Below, in pieces: positions 62,882-64,000 of a DNA stretch of 64,000 bases (position 1 is its first letter; the number at the start of each line of letters is the position of its first letter). The notes beneath the pieces were generated by a model. It made no database searches. It was given only the letters and a program-made list of their open reading frames with translations, and had not been told where the DNA came from. Position numbers and translations under genes: made by a program. Source of the DNA: Eledone cirrhosa (lineage: Eukaryota); contig OZ024741.1 in the NCBI GenBank assembly GCA_964016885.1, positions 299,832,001-299,896,000 on the forward strand. The letters run 5' to 3'.

Positions 62882-64000
62882 CATCATTATTATTATCATT
62901 TGAAAGTTCCTTTGAATACTGCTTCATTCCCAGATCTTGCGATGTGTCACGCTGGCACCTGAGGGAAAATGTTGATAATACACACACTTTACAAACAATT
63001 GTCATACGAATGATGCCACATGAGCACAAACAACAGTAAATGCCTTTGCAAGGTTGTAAATTCATATTGCCATTCTTAGAACATGGATAGTACCAGAGAT
63101 GGCTTACTAGGTATCTGGTACAAATAATATCCGGTTCCCTTTTTTATCATTCCAGTGCTCCGACTATCACAGGTAATGTACAATTGAGAAAATGCTACAT
63201 TTTCTGAATTTCAATTACTAGATAGTTATATTTACTGAGCTTTCCATACTCTTTCGATGAAATATTACCATCCGATGGAATACTCATGTCATTTAAGAAA
63301 CATTTTTTCTCTTTATGGTCCTTCACAATTGTATCAGTTCTGTTGGCCGTGATTGTTTGGTAAGTGTTCACAGAGAAATCCCAGAGAATTGTTACGGTCT
63401 CACCATCCTTTTCTGCATCTGGGTAATGGTTGTTCTGCATTGTATTTCTCTAATATTATCCAGTGGATACACTGCCGAACTCTAATATGTCTAATCTTAT
63501 ATTCAATTGGTGCAATTGTGGGAAATCCTGATATTATATAGAGAATTGTTTCAAGATGTACGTCACATATCCTGCATGAATAGGATCGCATCGATCCTAT
63601 TCTTTGCATTCAACTCCGATCTTAAATTTGCTCTTACTCTGCGGTAACATTTCTTCCTTATCCTTTCCCTCATCGTCGAGTGCTTATCCCACTCCTTCAC
63701 AAATACCTAGATATTTATAGATTTCTTCTTGATCAAGTTCTTTTATCACATTCTCACGATCAAAATTAATGTCTAAACTTCTCAGCAGTGAACGAGGTTT
63801 TGGCGCATTTATCTAGTCCAAACACCATTTTAATATCATCACTGAACTGCTTCACGTTGGATGATAGCCCTTGCAATTCCTCATCATTTTTTGCAAATAG
63901 ATTCATCATCAATGTAGAACAAGTGATTAAGGGTTTTATCATAGACTTTATATCCATGTCTGTTTGATTGAGCACTTTAATTAATGGTATGAGTGCGATG
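62882..64000 (-). mobile_element. R4/Dong-like non-LTR retrotransposon (RT C-terminus, Zn knuckle, restriction-like endonuclease), degenerate
   Basis: LFAKNDEELQ..FSDDIKMVFGLDKCAK; YKYLGI; CRIC..ETI.YIISG..EYKIRH; ILWDFSV..ANRTDTIV..NDMSIP..KEYGKLSKY; TAA-rich 3' tail. Confidence 0.85.

Overview
AT-rich eukaryotic DNA, dense in microsatellites and mostly intronic or intergenic. The tRNA-derived SINE families and the (TA)/(CA) load suggest a cephalopod (Octopus-like) genome; this is inference. There is no intact long gene: most listed ORFs are microsatellite artefacts, and only a few phase-compatible candidate host exons were found (25-64, 22568-22643, 23845-23976). The window holds many decayed transposons: Penelope-like elements (PLEs; RT + C-terminal GIY-YIG), RTE, CR1, Tx1/L1-like, R4/Dong-like, mariner, probable pogo/hAT/Gypsy remnants, and over 15 SINE copies. 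It also has a 7.3-kb satellite with a ~517-bp unit. The main hidden signal is more than a dozen type I hammerhead ribozyme (HHR) motifs from several unrelated sequence families. They lie in PLE-tail-like units embedded in (TA)n tracts and are arranged as tandem repeats (cleavage-site spacings ~319, ~429, ~662 nt; retrozyme-like) or as fold-back inverted repeats. Two families carry the compensatory U3-A8 core in place of C3-G8, and several have non-canonical 10.1/11.1 pairs. All motif calls were made by eye; none was folded computationally or assayed.
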